Assembly: GCF_004010195.1 (NCBI RefSeq)
Contig: NC_057718.1
Coordinates: 61,968,981-62,032,980, forward strand
Direction: 5' to 3'
From: Chiloscyllium plagiosum
Taxonomy: Eukaryota
DNA: 64,000 nt
The notes beneath the pieces are model-generated. The model was given only the letters and a program-made list of their open reading frames with translations, was not told where the DNA came from and searched no databases. The translations under genes and the position numbers were made by a program. The stretch's first letter is position 1. Each line of letters starts with the position of its first letter. Positions 36,713 through 48,942 of the stretch are shown here, one piece after another.

Positions 36713-38106
36713 AGCATTCAGCCATGAAAGTCACTGAGTACGAATGCTTTCCCTGGACATTTTTTTTGAGGCATCTGATAGCTGTTCAAAAACATGTTTC
36801 ATTCTAAAAATCTAACTCCAGTAACATTGGTATTCTTTCCATTTTTGATACCCTAGCACAGTTCAATAATTTAAAATGCAAGCATTAAGTTAGGAACCCT
36901 CAAATTGAACTTTTTCAATTGTAGATATAGTCTATAAAATTGTGATATATTCTTTTATGACAGAACCATCCAGTTTACTAAATTTATCAAAGTCTGTTCA
37001 TGCCTCACGTGCGTTTAACAAGTCTTTTTGATTTTGTCTCTTAATGTTATTGATTTATCCAAACCTTCCTTTTTATTCAATTCTTGAGCCTTTAGTTCTA
37101 AGGGTGCCTTACACGTTTCTAGTAGGACGCGACTGTGCCAAGGCCATACCCTGTTTTTCTTTGGTATGGAACTAACCTGAGATCATTTTCCCATTGATCA
37201 CAAAGTCACAGAACATTAGTGAGAAATTGTATCCCACCACTTAACACTTGGTTTCAGACTGAATCCCAAATTCAGGGAATCCCAAATCTGACTCAAATAG
37301 ATTGCCAGTTTTTATTTTAAAGGCAGACCATCTCTTATTTGGTGAACGAAATGACAACACTCAGCTTAACTGATTGTGCAATCTTGAATTACTTCTCACT
37401 GAACTGAGACTGAACAGCATCAGTCACACATCAAACAAGAAGGACAATTGTTTTTTTCCACTGGTTCTTCTTGAGTTTTCACTAACCAAACTAAATTCCA
37501 GCCAGAGATTATGAATTAATTCGTTTTAAAGGAGCCTAGAGCTTTTATCTAAAGGGTTGGCAATAATTATCCTGGGGAATATTTAACAATCAATTTTGAA
37601 AAAGAGAGAAAAAAGAGAGCACACTTCGTTATGTTGGATAAAGGAATAAAGTCCCCCAATTATTTTTCCAATCCCAACGTGTAAAATAACAATGCAATTA
37701 GATCCACTAATTATACTAAGAAATAAATGAGCTGCGTAAATTGAGTGGAGGTTTTGCCCCATTTAAGCATATGAGATTAATAAGATCATAGCAAAGTACA
37801 CTTGGAATAACAATCAGCTCAGAAATGTAAAAGAACAGGCACTTTAGAAACTTAAATGAATCAGTGATGCAGTCAACAAGGCTTTATGAAATTATGCCGA
37901 TTTAGGTATAGATGGAGATAAATGGAATTTATAGAGCAGCTTCTTAAATGTCCAATTATTTTCAATAGACAGTCTGGGCAAATGACAGAAAATCAAACGT
38001 GATATAAATAAACTGAGAAAACACAGGAATTTTCCAAAGGAATTGAAATTACTGTTTTAACTCAAAAACATTAGCCCAACTGTTCTGATCTGCTTCATCC
38101 GATATG

Positions 38107-38428
38107 GCAAAAAAACTGCAGATGCTGGAATCCAAAAAAGACAGGCAGGAGGCTGGAAGAACACAGCAAGCCAGGCAGCATCAGGAGATGGAGAAGTCGA
38201 TGTTTTGGGTATAACCCTTCTTCAGGACTGGGGATGAGGGTAGAAGGAGCTCCTCACCACTCCCACCCATAACCCTTCGCCTCACTTATCTTTACCTGCA
38301 GTTCCCCCAACATCTGTAGGGGGAACTACAGGTAAAGAGAGGTGGGGGCAAGGGTGATGGGTGGGGAGAAGGATGGAGTGGTGAGGAGTTCCCCCTACCC
38401 CCTATAAGCCTCCTGCTTGTCTACTTTG
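38107..38428 (-). mobile_element. Penelope pLTR-derived fold-back fragment
   Basis: aactgcagatgctggaatcc...gaagtcgatgttttgggtataacccttcttcaggact; internal inverted repeat 38250-38310 vs 38318-38395. Confidence 0.75.
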
Positions 38429-38604
38429 TCCAATAATGAGCAAATAAAGAACAAAACTGACCAGAAATGCGATAGAGTTGGAGGCCACAGCATTTTAGCC
38501 CAACCTGAAATTAATTTTGAAGAGTGACTTTTTTACCATTGACTTCATGATCAAATGATTTCCTGGTATTAAAACCAACAGAGTTTTTCTATGTACCCAC
38601 CGAT

Positions 38605-38895
38605 ATGTGGGTAGTGCAATGGCTCACAAATGAGCATTGCTGCCTCACAATGCAAGGAAACTGGATTTGATTCCATCGTGTGAGTTTGCACATTCTCCCT
38701 GTGCCTGTGTTAGTTCCTCTGAGTATTCCACTTTCCTCCCACAGTCCAAGGATGTGCAGGTAAGGTGGATTAGTCATGGAAAATGCAGGGTTCCAGAGAT
38801 AGGCAGGGGAGTGGGTCTGGGTTGGATGCTCTTTGGAGGGTCGGTGTTGACTCAATGGGCCAATTGGCTGCTTTCACATTGTAGAAATTCAATAA
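38605..38895 (+). mobile_element. HE1-like SINE
   Basis: gcattgctgcctcacaatgc...gagtttgcacattctccc...ctcccacagtccaaggatgtgcagg. Confidence 0.85.
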
Positions 38896-39844
38896 ATGTA
38901 AAGTGGTCTGCTGAGATGCTAGAGGTTAAACTATTTCTGGAAGCAGACTTAAAGAATCCTTTAGGATGATTGAATTAGACATTTGGTTTTATTTCTATCA
39001 CTTTGCTAGCCTTTTTCTGTTTTGCAATGTTGCCACCTAAATTGTCCGAAATATTTGGATCAATTGTTTAGGTAAGGTCATTTTTCAGCTAACAGCTGCA
39101 CCAAAATACGGTTGTGTTCCCTGAATGCTTTTTGAAAAACAAAGAGAAGGACCAATAGTGGGCAAGTCAAACTGCACTCGAGGTGGTCCATTTTGGATTT
39201 ATTTCAGATTACTATTGTCATACCCAGTAGAGATATATCAAATGTCTAACTTTCAAATAAGAGACTTCATTGCAAATCAACTCTTAAAGATTCATTTTTC
39301 CTTTGAAAACTGCATGATGTGCAATAAAAGTGGTAATTGAAGACCAAGTGGCATTTTTGTGACTTTTAAATTATGTCTGAACTTACTTCTGAAAAGTCAT
39401 TAAAATGGGTTGACCCTTGGAAAAGGCATTCAAAATGTGGGACAAATTACAATCCCATTTCCTGAGTGAGAACAGGACTCCAGCAGTAGTAGCAACCACC
39501 TGACTCTCCCCAGCCCCATTTCCATCCCTTTGGACTCAGTATCTGTGATCTCAAAACAAAACAAAGAGAGGTGCAGTGACAAGCAGGTGGGAACCGACAC
39601 CATTATACTCAATTGTGGAGCAACGGCTTCTATCTTTGAATAATTTGTATGGACAAAAGAAGTATTGATTGTATGATTTTGTGATCAAAACTAACTCCAG
39701 ATAACAAATCTTAATACTCCAAGAACCGGCCAATAGCAGTGAAAGGACAGTCTGGTGATCATTAAGGCACCAGAGTGACCATCCTAAAAGATGAAAGGAA
39801 GAATGCATAATATGACTAGTTGACTCAAGCAATGAGAGAGAAGA

Positions 39845-40380
39845 TTAAAACAAACACAGAGAATGAAGGAGAAACAGAGCAGATCTGGCAGCTTTTGGGA
39901 AGAGAGTTAATGTTTCAGTGCTGATATGACATTTCTTCAGAACAGAAAGGGGTTGGAAGGTGGTGGTTTGTATCCTTTTGAGAGAGACAGAGGATGAGCA
40001 AGGGGAACAGATGATGTGGAAGCTCAGTGAAAAAAGACAAAGGGTTTGCTAATTGAGCTTAAAGAAAAACAGAGATGCAAAATAGGTGTAAGTTAAAGTG
40101 TGGAAGGGTAAAAATCGGTCCACTCAGCTGAACGCAAAGTAAACAAAACAAGCCCATGGGGGTGGGGTGGTTGGGAGAAGTGAAGAATATAAGAAAAGTG
40201 TGCACAGACACCATGAGGTCTGGCTCTGAAGTTGTGGAATTCAATGTTAAGTCCTAAAGGTTGTAAAATGCCTAAGCAGAAAATGAAGTGTTGTTCCTCC
40301 AATCTACGTTGTACCTGCCAGGTTTATCTAGCATTTTCTGTTATTGTTTCAGATTTCCAGCATCCGCAGTACTTTGCTTT
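39845..40380 (-). mobile_element. Penelope-like fragment (GIY-YIG C-terminus + pLTR)
   Basis: rc EEQHFIFCLGILQPLGLNIEF; pLTR-like termini in inverted orientation. Confidence 0.7.
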
Positions 40381-40624
40381 TAATGAAAGAGAGGACTAGT
40401 TTGACTTCACCTGCAAAGATTCATCTCTACAGAAACTTATCCATAACCTTGTCTGGAAGTGCAGAGACTTCTAACTTTGATTCGTTTCCAAAGACCCATG
40501 AGACAGAACCCATGCGTGTTTACAATATTGCATTTTTAAAATGGGCTGATATACCCATTGGATTGTTGCTCCTTACTATTCCATTCATGCCCTAAGTGCA
40601 TAACTTTTCTCTGAAATAAATTTT

Positions 40625-40800
40625 TTTCATGTGTGTGAGAGAGAAAGAGAATGTGCACATACTTGTGTGAGTGTAACTGTAGGTGCATATCCATGCATGT
40701 AATTATATGTGTGGCCGTAAATGCATGTGTATGTATCTGAGTGTGTGTGCATATATGTGTTGTATGTCAGTACATATGTGTATTTGTGTGCCTTTGAATT
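40625..40800 (+). repeat. Degenerate (TG)/(TA) microsatellite-like tract
   Basis: gtgtgtgagagag...tgtgtatgtatctgagtgtgtgtgcatatatgtg. Confidence 0.6.
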
Positions 40801-40949
40801 TGTAAATGGGAAATTATAATCTAGCTACTGGAACTGAAAAGAGAAACAAAGCCAATCGACAGTCTTTCTTCCAGTTTCACAATATTATTATTTCATAACA
40901 TATTTGATGCTAAAGCTTTCGTAGATTAAGATGGCATAATTTAGACTGC

Positions 40950-41525
40950 ATTAAAAGCAATATATATTGAAGAATCAAGAACGATAGTCACTGTATCATT
41001 ATAAGCATTAAACCTAAAGTGAAAAAAGCTGATATCGTCCAACTTCTGGAAATATCACTTTGATATTGAAACAACATCAGAGGAAGCAAGCCTAATACCA
41101 GAAACTAACAAAGTAGTGATAGCTAGACTCCACATTGAGACAGAAATTGTTATAAAATGCAATTAAACTTCCAAAAAGCAAAAAGAGCAGAGAAGGGAAT
41201 AGAGAGACAGACAGACAGATGTTTAGTGAAAGAAGAGCATCAGGCATTTTGGGAAAAGGAAACAGAAATTGGGTGGTACAGGTGCCACCAGAAATTCTGA
41301 TTCTGGTTCGGATTCAGACCAGAGCTTTGACTTTTCTCAGACAAGAAGAAACTGAAAATTGCAAGAAGACTAAAATGGCCAAAAGAATCTCGGACCCTAC
41401 TCCTATAGGGTGAATTAGTTGGAATACATTACACAGCTTTACAAACTTATTCTGTGTTATCAGAAATAAGTTCCCTGGATTATGAGAATTGATTAATAGG
41501 CCTAGTTTTGAAAGTACCAGTGAGA
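40950..41525 (+). mobile_element. Gmr1-like Gypsy gag relic
   Basis: KIARRLKWPKESRTLLL*GELVG at ~41355-41425 resembles the gag motif FEK.A....WP...WTLLLQ..L.G. Confidence 0.6.
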
Positions 41526-41572
41526 GAAAAAGAGAAAAGATGGAGAATGGGGAAAAGGAAGTGAGGGAAGGC

Positions 41573-43302
41573 TAAAATGAGGCTGGAGGAGTAGTAATTG
41601 GAAACAAATAAATGGCAGAGGAACTGATATGTACTTCACATCTGTTTTCAAAATGGAAGACACCAGCATACCAGAACTTTAAGAGAGCCAGGTGAGTGTA
41701 ATAGTATTTAATAAGGAGAAGGTGCTGGGGAAGCTGAAAGACCTGAAGGTGAATAAATCACTCAGACCACATGGATTACACCTCAGAGTTCTGAAGAAGA
41801 TAACTGAGGAGGTTGTATAGGCATTTGTGGTAATCTTTCAAGAAGCATTGGAGTTAAGGAGAGTCTCAGAGAACTGGAAAATGGCTAATATAACACTCCT
41901 GTTTAAGAAAGGAGATAGGCAGAAGACAGGAAACTATAGGCCAGTTAGCCTGACCTTGGCCATTGATAAGATTCTGAAGTCTACTTTTAAGCATGAGTTT
42001 GCGGAGTACTTCAAAGTGTATGGTAGAATAGGGCTGAGCCAGCACAACTTCATCATGGGGCGGTCATCTCCTACAAACCTGTTAGAATTCTTTGAGGAGG
42101 TAATGACCAAGTTAGACAAAGGAGAGCCAGTGGACATGATCTATTTGGATTTCTAGAAGGTATTTCACAAAGTGCCACATTGGAGGCTACTGAATAAGAT
42201 AAGAGCCCATGGTGTTAGGGGCACGGTACAGGCACGGATAGAGGCTTGGCATCTTGGCAAAAGGTAGGGAGTAAGCATGAAAAGATTTTTTCAGGACAGT
42301 AGCCGGTGACTAGTGAAGTTCTGCAGGGGTCCATGTTGGGACTAAAACTATTCATGGTATATTTTGACGATCTGGACAAAAGAACTGAGGGCACTGTTGC
42401 TCCGTTTGCAGATGAAACAAAGACAGGTGGTTTTGAGGAAGTGGGGAGGCTGCAGAAGGACTTGGATATGCGAGGCAAGTGGGCAAAGATCTGGCAGATG
42501 GAATACAATGTGGCAAAGTGTGAAGTTATGCAACTTTAGTAGGAAAAACAGAGGCATAGGTTTTTTTCTAAAATACAAAATCGGAATCTGAAACACAAAA
42601 GCATTTGGGAGACGTAGTTCATGACTCTCTTAGGGTTAGCATGCAGGTTCAGTTGATGGCTAGGAAGGCAAATGCAATGTTAGCATTCATTTCAAGAGGG
42701 TTAGAATACAAGAGCAGAAATGTACTGCTGAGGATGTATAAGGCTCTGGTCAGACCGCATTTAGAATATTGTGAGCAGTTTAGGGCCCCATATCTGAGGA
42801 AAGATGTGCTGGCATTAGAGGGTGTCCAGAGGAGGTTTACAAGAATGCTCCTAAAGCATTGTCATATGTGGAGCGGTTGAGGACTCTGGTTCGGTACTGG
42901 TTGGAGGTTAAAAGGAAGAGGGGGGAGTCACATCGAAACTTACAGAATACTGAGAGGCCTGGATAGAGTGGATGTGGAGAAGATGTTTCCACAGAGGAGA
43001 TACTAGGGCCCAAGAGCACAGCCTCAGTGTGAAGAGATGACCCTTTAGAACTGAGATGAGGGTGAATCTCTTCAGCCAGAGGATGGTTACTGTGTGAAAC
43101 TCATGCTGCAGAAGGCTGTGCAGGCCAAGTCATTGAGTATATTTAAGACAGAGATGGATAGGTTCTTGATTAGTAAGAGGATCAAGGTTTACAGGAGGTA
43201 GGAGAATGCAGTTGAAAAGCATATCAGCCATGGTCAAATAGCAGAGCAAATTTGATGGGCTGAATGACCTAATTTGCTCCAATAGCTTATGATCTTATGG
43301 CT
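41573..43302 (+). mobile_element. CR1 LINE, 5'-truncated (RT to 3' UTR)
   Basis: WKMANITLLFKKGDRQKTGNYRPVSLT, VDMIYLDF, QGSMLG, FADETK, ALVRPHLEYC; tail cttatgatcttatg. Confidence 0.95.
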
Positions 43303-43339
43303 TGAGTGTTGAACAATTAAATGGTTGCCTTCCAATGGG

Positions 43340-45955
43340 CAAGAAAGAGGGCAGGGTTAAATTGTACATATATAAATGCACAAAGTACTGTGAGCAAAAT
43401 TCGGGATCTGGAAGCAGAAATGCTCTGCGCATGTTGAGATATGAGCATTGACAGAAATATGGCTCAAGCCAGGACAGGACTGAATACTTAAAATCCTGGG
43501 TTATAAGATTTTTATTTGAAACAGGGTGGGTAAAAAGGGAGGAGGTGCAGCAATCTTGGTCAAAGATAGTATCATGCCCCTTGAATATGATGCAGTTCCT
43601 GAACTAGAATCTATATGGTTGTAATTGAGAAATAGGGAAGGAGTGGTGAGCTTGCTGGGCATTTATTGTAGGCCTCCAAATATTGGGAGGAATGTAGAAA
43701 AGAGCATTTGTAGGCAGGTTATGGAAATCAGCAGCACCAGTAGGATGGTGGTAGTTGGTGATTCCAATTACTCTAGGGTAGACTGGGAAAAAGGTAGAGT
43801 GTGAGGCATGGAAGAAAAGAAATTCCTGCAATGTGCGCAGGAGACCTTTCTGGAACAATACAGAACGTCCTATCAGTGAGGGAGCTGCGCTGCATCTGGT
43901 CCATGGAAATGAGGCAGGCCAATTGGAGAATTTCAGAGTTTCTGAGGGAGAATTTTGGATCCCAATAAGGTTCAATACTAAGTTGGAAAAGGATAAAAAT
44001 CAGTCAAGCATTAAGGTTCCAGATTGGAAAAGATTTTAGGGGTCTAAAAGTTGAACTGGAGTAGGTTAATTGGATGAAACAATGGATGAAAATTTGGACA
44101 TTTTCAAAAGGGAGATGATTAGGGTGTAAGCTAGATACACATCTTTTGGGAAATAAATAAGGGATATTCAAAGTCAGAGTATCCTGGATGACTAAAGGTA
44201 TCGATGAGAAAACAAGGAAGTAAAAGAAGGCATATAATGCATACCAGAATAATAATAGCAATAGAAATCAGGCAGAGTATCTCATATGCAGGAGCAAGGC
44301 TAAGACTGGAGTAAGGAAGGTTAACAGGAAGCATGAGGAAAGCACAAAAGGTTGCACTAAAACAAATAGTAAAATGTTCTTCAAACATATTAATTGTAAA
44401 TGATTAGTGAAGGATACAGTGGGGCACATAAGGAACAAACAGGGTAAGCCGTTCACTGAAGCAAAAGGTATGGCAGATGTATTAAATGACGATTTTGCAT
44501 TACCAAACTGGAAAATAGCAACGATTGCCCAGTTGAAAATGTCAGTCTCCGAGCAGAATAATGATAGGTAAAAAATTAGATGCTAAAAAGACTGGCATAA
44601 CTCCAGGTAGAGAAGTTACCAGGTCCCAACGGGATGCATCTTAGATTGCTGAGAGAGGTAAGGGAGCGAATTGCAGAGTCACTGACAGAAATTTTCCAGG
44701 CTTCTCTGAACCCAGGATTAACCCCAGGGGGCTAGAGGATTGTAACTGTGATGCTGTTGTATAAGAAAGGGGCAAAGGGTTATTCGGAAACTACAGACAC
44801 CTATCAGCTTGACATCAATAAAGGGATAGGATAAGATAAGTATATACAGAGAAAAATAAATACTAAACAGTCAACATGGGTTTGTCAAGGGCAGGTCATG
44901 TCTGATAAATTAAGTTGAATTCATTGACGAAGTGATACAGGCAATGGATGAGGGTTGTGCTTGGACTTTCAGAAAGTATTTGATACGGTGCCACATGTCA
45001 GATTGGCTAGCAAATTAGGAATATTTAAGATTAATAGATCTTTGCAGCATGGATTAGAAGTTGGCTAAAAGAAGGAAACAGAGGGGAGGTATTGATGAGC
45101 ATTTTTTAGGCTGGAAACGTGTTGAAAGTGGTATCCCCCAGGGATTAGCATTGGGACCCTTGCATTTTCAGATTTGTAAAAGTCATTTGAAGATGTGTGT
45201 TGAGGACAAAATCTTCAAATTTGCAAGTGCTATTAAGCTAGGAAGAATAGTGAATTGGGAGGATTACACTGAACAACTTCATGAGGGATATTGACAGGTT
45301 GGTCAAATGGGCAGACACCTGGGAGATGAATTTCAATGCAGAGAAATGTGAGGGAATGCAATTTGGGAGCAGGAATATGGAGAGACAATACAGGCTCAAT
45401 AGTACAATACTGAGGGAAGAACAGGAACATTGGGACCTTGGGGTTCATGTGCATAATTCTCCGAAGGCGGCAAGGCAAGTTGAAATAGTTGTTAATATAG
45501 CTCATAGGTACTTGTGTTTATTAATTGAGGCATAGAGTATAAAAGAAAGGAAGTGATGCTACAACTCTACAAATTTTTGATCCAATCATATTTGGAGTAT
45601 TGTGTTCAACTCTGGGCACCTTATTTAAGGAAGGATGTTAAAATCTCAAGAGAACATAAAGGAGATTTCCTCAAATAATACCAGGAATGAGGATTTTTAG
45701 ATAAAAGGAAAGATTAGAGAAATTGGATTTATTCAGAGTGTTGTGAGGATTTGGAATGTGCTACCTGGGAGAGCGGTGCAGGTGGATCCCATAGGATGTT
45801 TCAAAAGAGAGCTGGATATGTATTTGAAAGTGATGAATTAAGAGTGCTATGGAGTTTGGGTTGGAGAATGGGACTAGCTTGGTAGCTCTTTTGGGAGCTG
45901 GTACAGATGAGATGGCTCAAATGGCCTCCTTCTGTACTGTACAATTCTATGATTC
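43340..45955 (+). mobile_element. Second, older CR1 LINE with endonuclease + RT relic
   Basis: tatataaatgcacaaagt (Y.NA.S), acagaaatatggctc (TE.WL), gttggtgattccaat (VGD.N), SGIPQGLALGP, LVKWADTWEMNFNAEKC; 3' tail aattctatgatt. Confidence 0.9.
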
Positions 45956-46199
45956 CACAAACAAACAAAAGCACCTGCCATTTTAAATGTCTTTGAGCTA
46001 GTGGGAGAAGCCTACTGACAGAAATTCTGAAACACCAGAAAACAATTTCCCCAGAATTGCATTGCACTTGAAAAAGTAAAACAAATGGCTTTTGATCAAA
46101 ATCTTTCAAATTAGATTCCTCTTATAAAAAAACATGAAATAAGTTTTTGGGTTGAACTTAAAAAGTGTCCTATTTAGTTGAATGTCCCATACTGAAGAA

Positions 46200-47100
46200 C
46201 AAAATGTAACAAGTTGAGAGATGCTTCTATCATGGTGGGCAATTATGAGAGGACCCTCAGACTCCTGAATTCAGGAAAACTTTTCCTAAATAATCTTCAG
46301 AGTTTCAGGAAAGACTATAGCAAATGGGATAGTAATGAAAGGGTAGAAGGAGAAGGAGAAGAAGGGAATGCAAAGGAGAAATAGAATGGGATAGGAAAGA
46401 CAGACTATTCTCCAGCTTTTAAAATAAGAAGTCAAGAAGGGACTTGCCTAGCATACTTCCCTATACAAGCCTCTAGATGAGAAAATCAACCAGGGTCAAC
46501 CAACAGAGGGGTCCATAGTGAAACCCATGGCTGTAGCCATGAAAGTGCTAAAACCGGGTTCAAGTGTTACGACAACTCATCCAAACATTTGCCAGGACTT
46601 TTATTTCAAGGGAAAAGTGACACTCAGCCTTTCCCAAAAGCAAGTCAAAGACATAACCAATTTCAGGGATACTACCTGCCTGCAGAATTTTCTTGTGGCA
46701 TGAGTTGGAGATTTTCTGGCAGAAAACAGAGTGGATGCCAAAATCCTGTGTGTGAGAATATGTACAGGTTCCTTCAGTAACAATATACTTGCAGAGAAAG
46801 CTGGTAAAGGGGCTCGTAACAATGAGGTGATCCCAATCAAGCCCATGCAAGGTTGTCAGACAACAAATTGATTCAAGGCGCAGCACTGCTTCCTGAAAGA
46901 CCAGAGCAGTCCAAGGAAACTGGAGAAATTAAGGAGAACAACTAAAGTTCTGTTCACCTGCCAAGGGCTGAGGAAATCCCAAGAGTCACAGAAGGTGATA
47001 GATTAATAAGGCTAAATGAAAACTAGTAGATTTAAAGTGTACAAGGTAGAGAAAGTGGCATATATAGGAGCTGAAATAAATGCAATAAAAGTTGAAGGGA
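46200..47100 (+). mobile_element. Gmr1-like Gypsy gag/protease relic (probable continuation of 40950-41525)
   Basis: QDFYFKGKVTLSLSQKQVKDITNFRDTTCLQ resembles the aspartic-protease 'F.S.G.V......V.ILRDTGA.QS' motif. Confidence 0.5.
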
Positions 47101-47137
47101 CTGCACTAGAGATAGAATTAATTGATAGGATTAGCTG

Positions 47138-48062
47138 AGGGAAGGCAATGGCCTAGTGGTGTTGTGATGATACTATGGCTTTAAGAGGTGTACTTTGTCC
47201 TAGTGTTTTTTTAGAAGAGAGGTTCTAAGTCCAAGGTATCAAGTAGTCTACCAGAGCCTCTAGAGTAAACAGCTTTTAAGGCCTTGGGGGTTTTTTTTAA
47301 GTTGGACTAATAGAAGCAGCCTGAATGAATGTGGTCATGCTCCCACAGAACCAGGATTTTCAGTTTTAGCTTTCAGCAGTTACTGTTGGAGTCTTGAAAA
47401 ATTGGGAGCTAGAATTTTTCTTTCTCTCAGTTACAGCCAAACGCTGCAGTGCCGGAAGCGTGTGAGACAATTTATTTTCTGGATTTGCATTTTGCTTATG
47501 AAATGTTACTATACTGGAACAATTAATTAGTAATAATTGTTGTTTTCCAGTGCATTTACAGTATTCCAAACTCTTCTTTCTTTTGTTGTATTTTAACTAT
47601 AGAGGATGAATAAAGTGTGTTTTGCTTTAAATCCAGTAAGTTGACCAATCGAATTACATCTGAAACCTTACATATCCATTAAGAATAAGAAAACATTAGG
47701 GTCTAGACTACCTTATGGATTTTGAGGGGGTTAGGTCTGGTCCATAACAGTATTATTGCTGCACTGTTAATCCAGAGACCCAGGTAATGATCTGGGGAGT
47801 AGGGTTCAAATCCCCCCACAGTAGATGGAATTTGAATTCAATAAAAATCTGGAATTAAGAGTCTAATAATTACCATGAATCCATTGATAATTGTTGAAAA
47901 GTCCTGTGTGGGAAGGATACTGCTATCTTTACCTGGTCTTGCCTACATGTGACTCCTGACCCACAGCAATATGGTTGACTCTTAACTGCCCTCTGGGAAA
48001 TCACAATTGAGCAATAAATGCAGGCCTGGCCAGCGACACCTTCATCCCGCAACTGAATAATT
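47138..48062 (+). mobile_element. tRNA-derived SINE split by a solo LTR
   Basis: gggaaggcaatggcctagtggt|...|attattgctgcactgttaatccagagacccagg...gggttcaaatccc...aataaatgcaggcctggccagcgac. Confidence 0.85.
47163..47749 (+). mobile_element. Solo LTR (587 bp)
   Basis: tgtgatga...ccataaca termini; near-perfect 4-bp TSD gtgt/gtat; aataaa at ~47609. Confidence 0.85.
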
Positions 48063-48616
48063 AAAAAAAACCTTGTTTAAAGATTAAAGAGAGACAAGAA
48101 AAAATTAAAAGGAAATGTTACACCTAGTGGAAATACCTCAGGAGAGTACAGTTGAAAGCTGGGCCATCATCTGCAAGTAGTAGTATCCAAGAGGACATAA
48201 GACAAGTTGAGGAACAATACATTCCTGAAGTAAAGAGAAAAGGGATGGTAATCAGACAAATAGCACTTGTGAGAGCCATAAGAAAAATAAAAGTCAAATC
48301 CTTGTCGATTTGCCAGTGAAGAATCAAAGAGTCTGATTCTAAAACAAATGTCATCAAAACCAACAATTTAGATTCAGAGCCCACTAAAAAGTGGGTGCAA
48401 AAGGAGAACTCAAATGCTTTCCAGGGACTTAAAAGCAATTTATCATCCACTGCCACCCTAGGGATTAGTATAATAAATCTGTTAAAACCTGAACAATTAA
48501 ACCCTTGCTCATGGAACTAGCAGTTAGGGGTTCAAAGAATTTACAGCACAGGCAATGCAACACCTCAATGACAGATACGCTACAAACCTTGGAACAGGAA
48601 AGATATTTCTTCAACC

Positions 48617-48942
48617 AACATAAAGAGTACTGAAGAAATTCAGCAGATCTGGCAGCATCTGTGGAGTGAGAAACAGAGTTAATGTTTCTAGTGACTTGTA
48701 AGGTAATGTAACTTCTTCGTATTTATTTGTCTATTTTGTATCTAAGATTTAGATTAGATTAGATTAGATTACATTACAGTGTGGAAACAGGCCCTTCGGC
48801 CCAACAAGAACATAAAGAGTACTGAAGAAATTCAGCAGATCTGGCAGCATCTGTGGAGTGAGAAACAGAGTTAATGTTTCTAGTGACCTGTAAGGTAATG
48901 TAACTTCTTCATATTTATTTGTCTATTTTGTATCTAAGATTT
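48617..48942. repeat. 134-bp direct duplication flanking a 58-bp retroposon 3' end
   Basis: 48617-48750 and 48809-48942 differ at 2 positions; insert 48751-48808 closely matches the SINE tail at 7532-7580. Confidence 0.92.

Noticed and set aside
39551..39832. 93-aa minus-strand ORF with a good acceptor
   Set aside because: No recognisable motif and no clear donor; length is within chance expectation
48617..48942. CRISPR-like or LTR-pair interpretation of the direct repeats
   Set aside because: Only two copies, eukaryotic context, no TG..CA ends; the spacer is a retroposon tail
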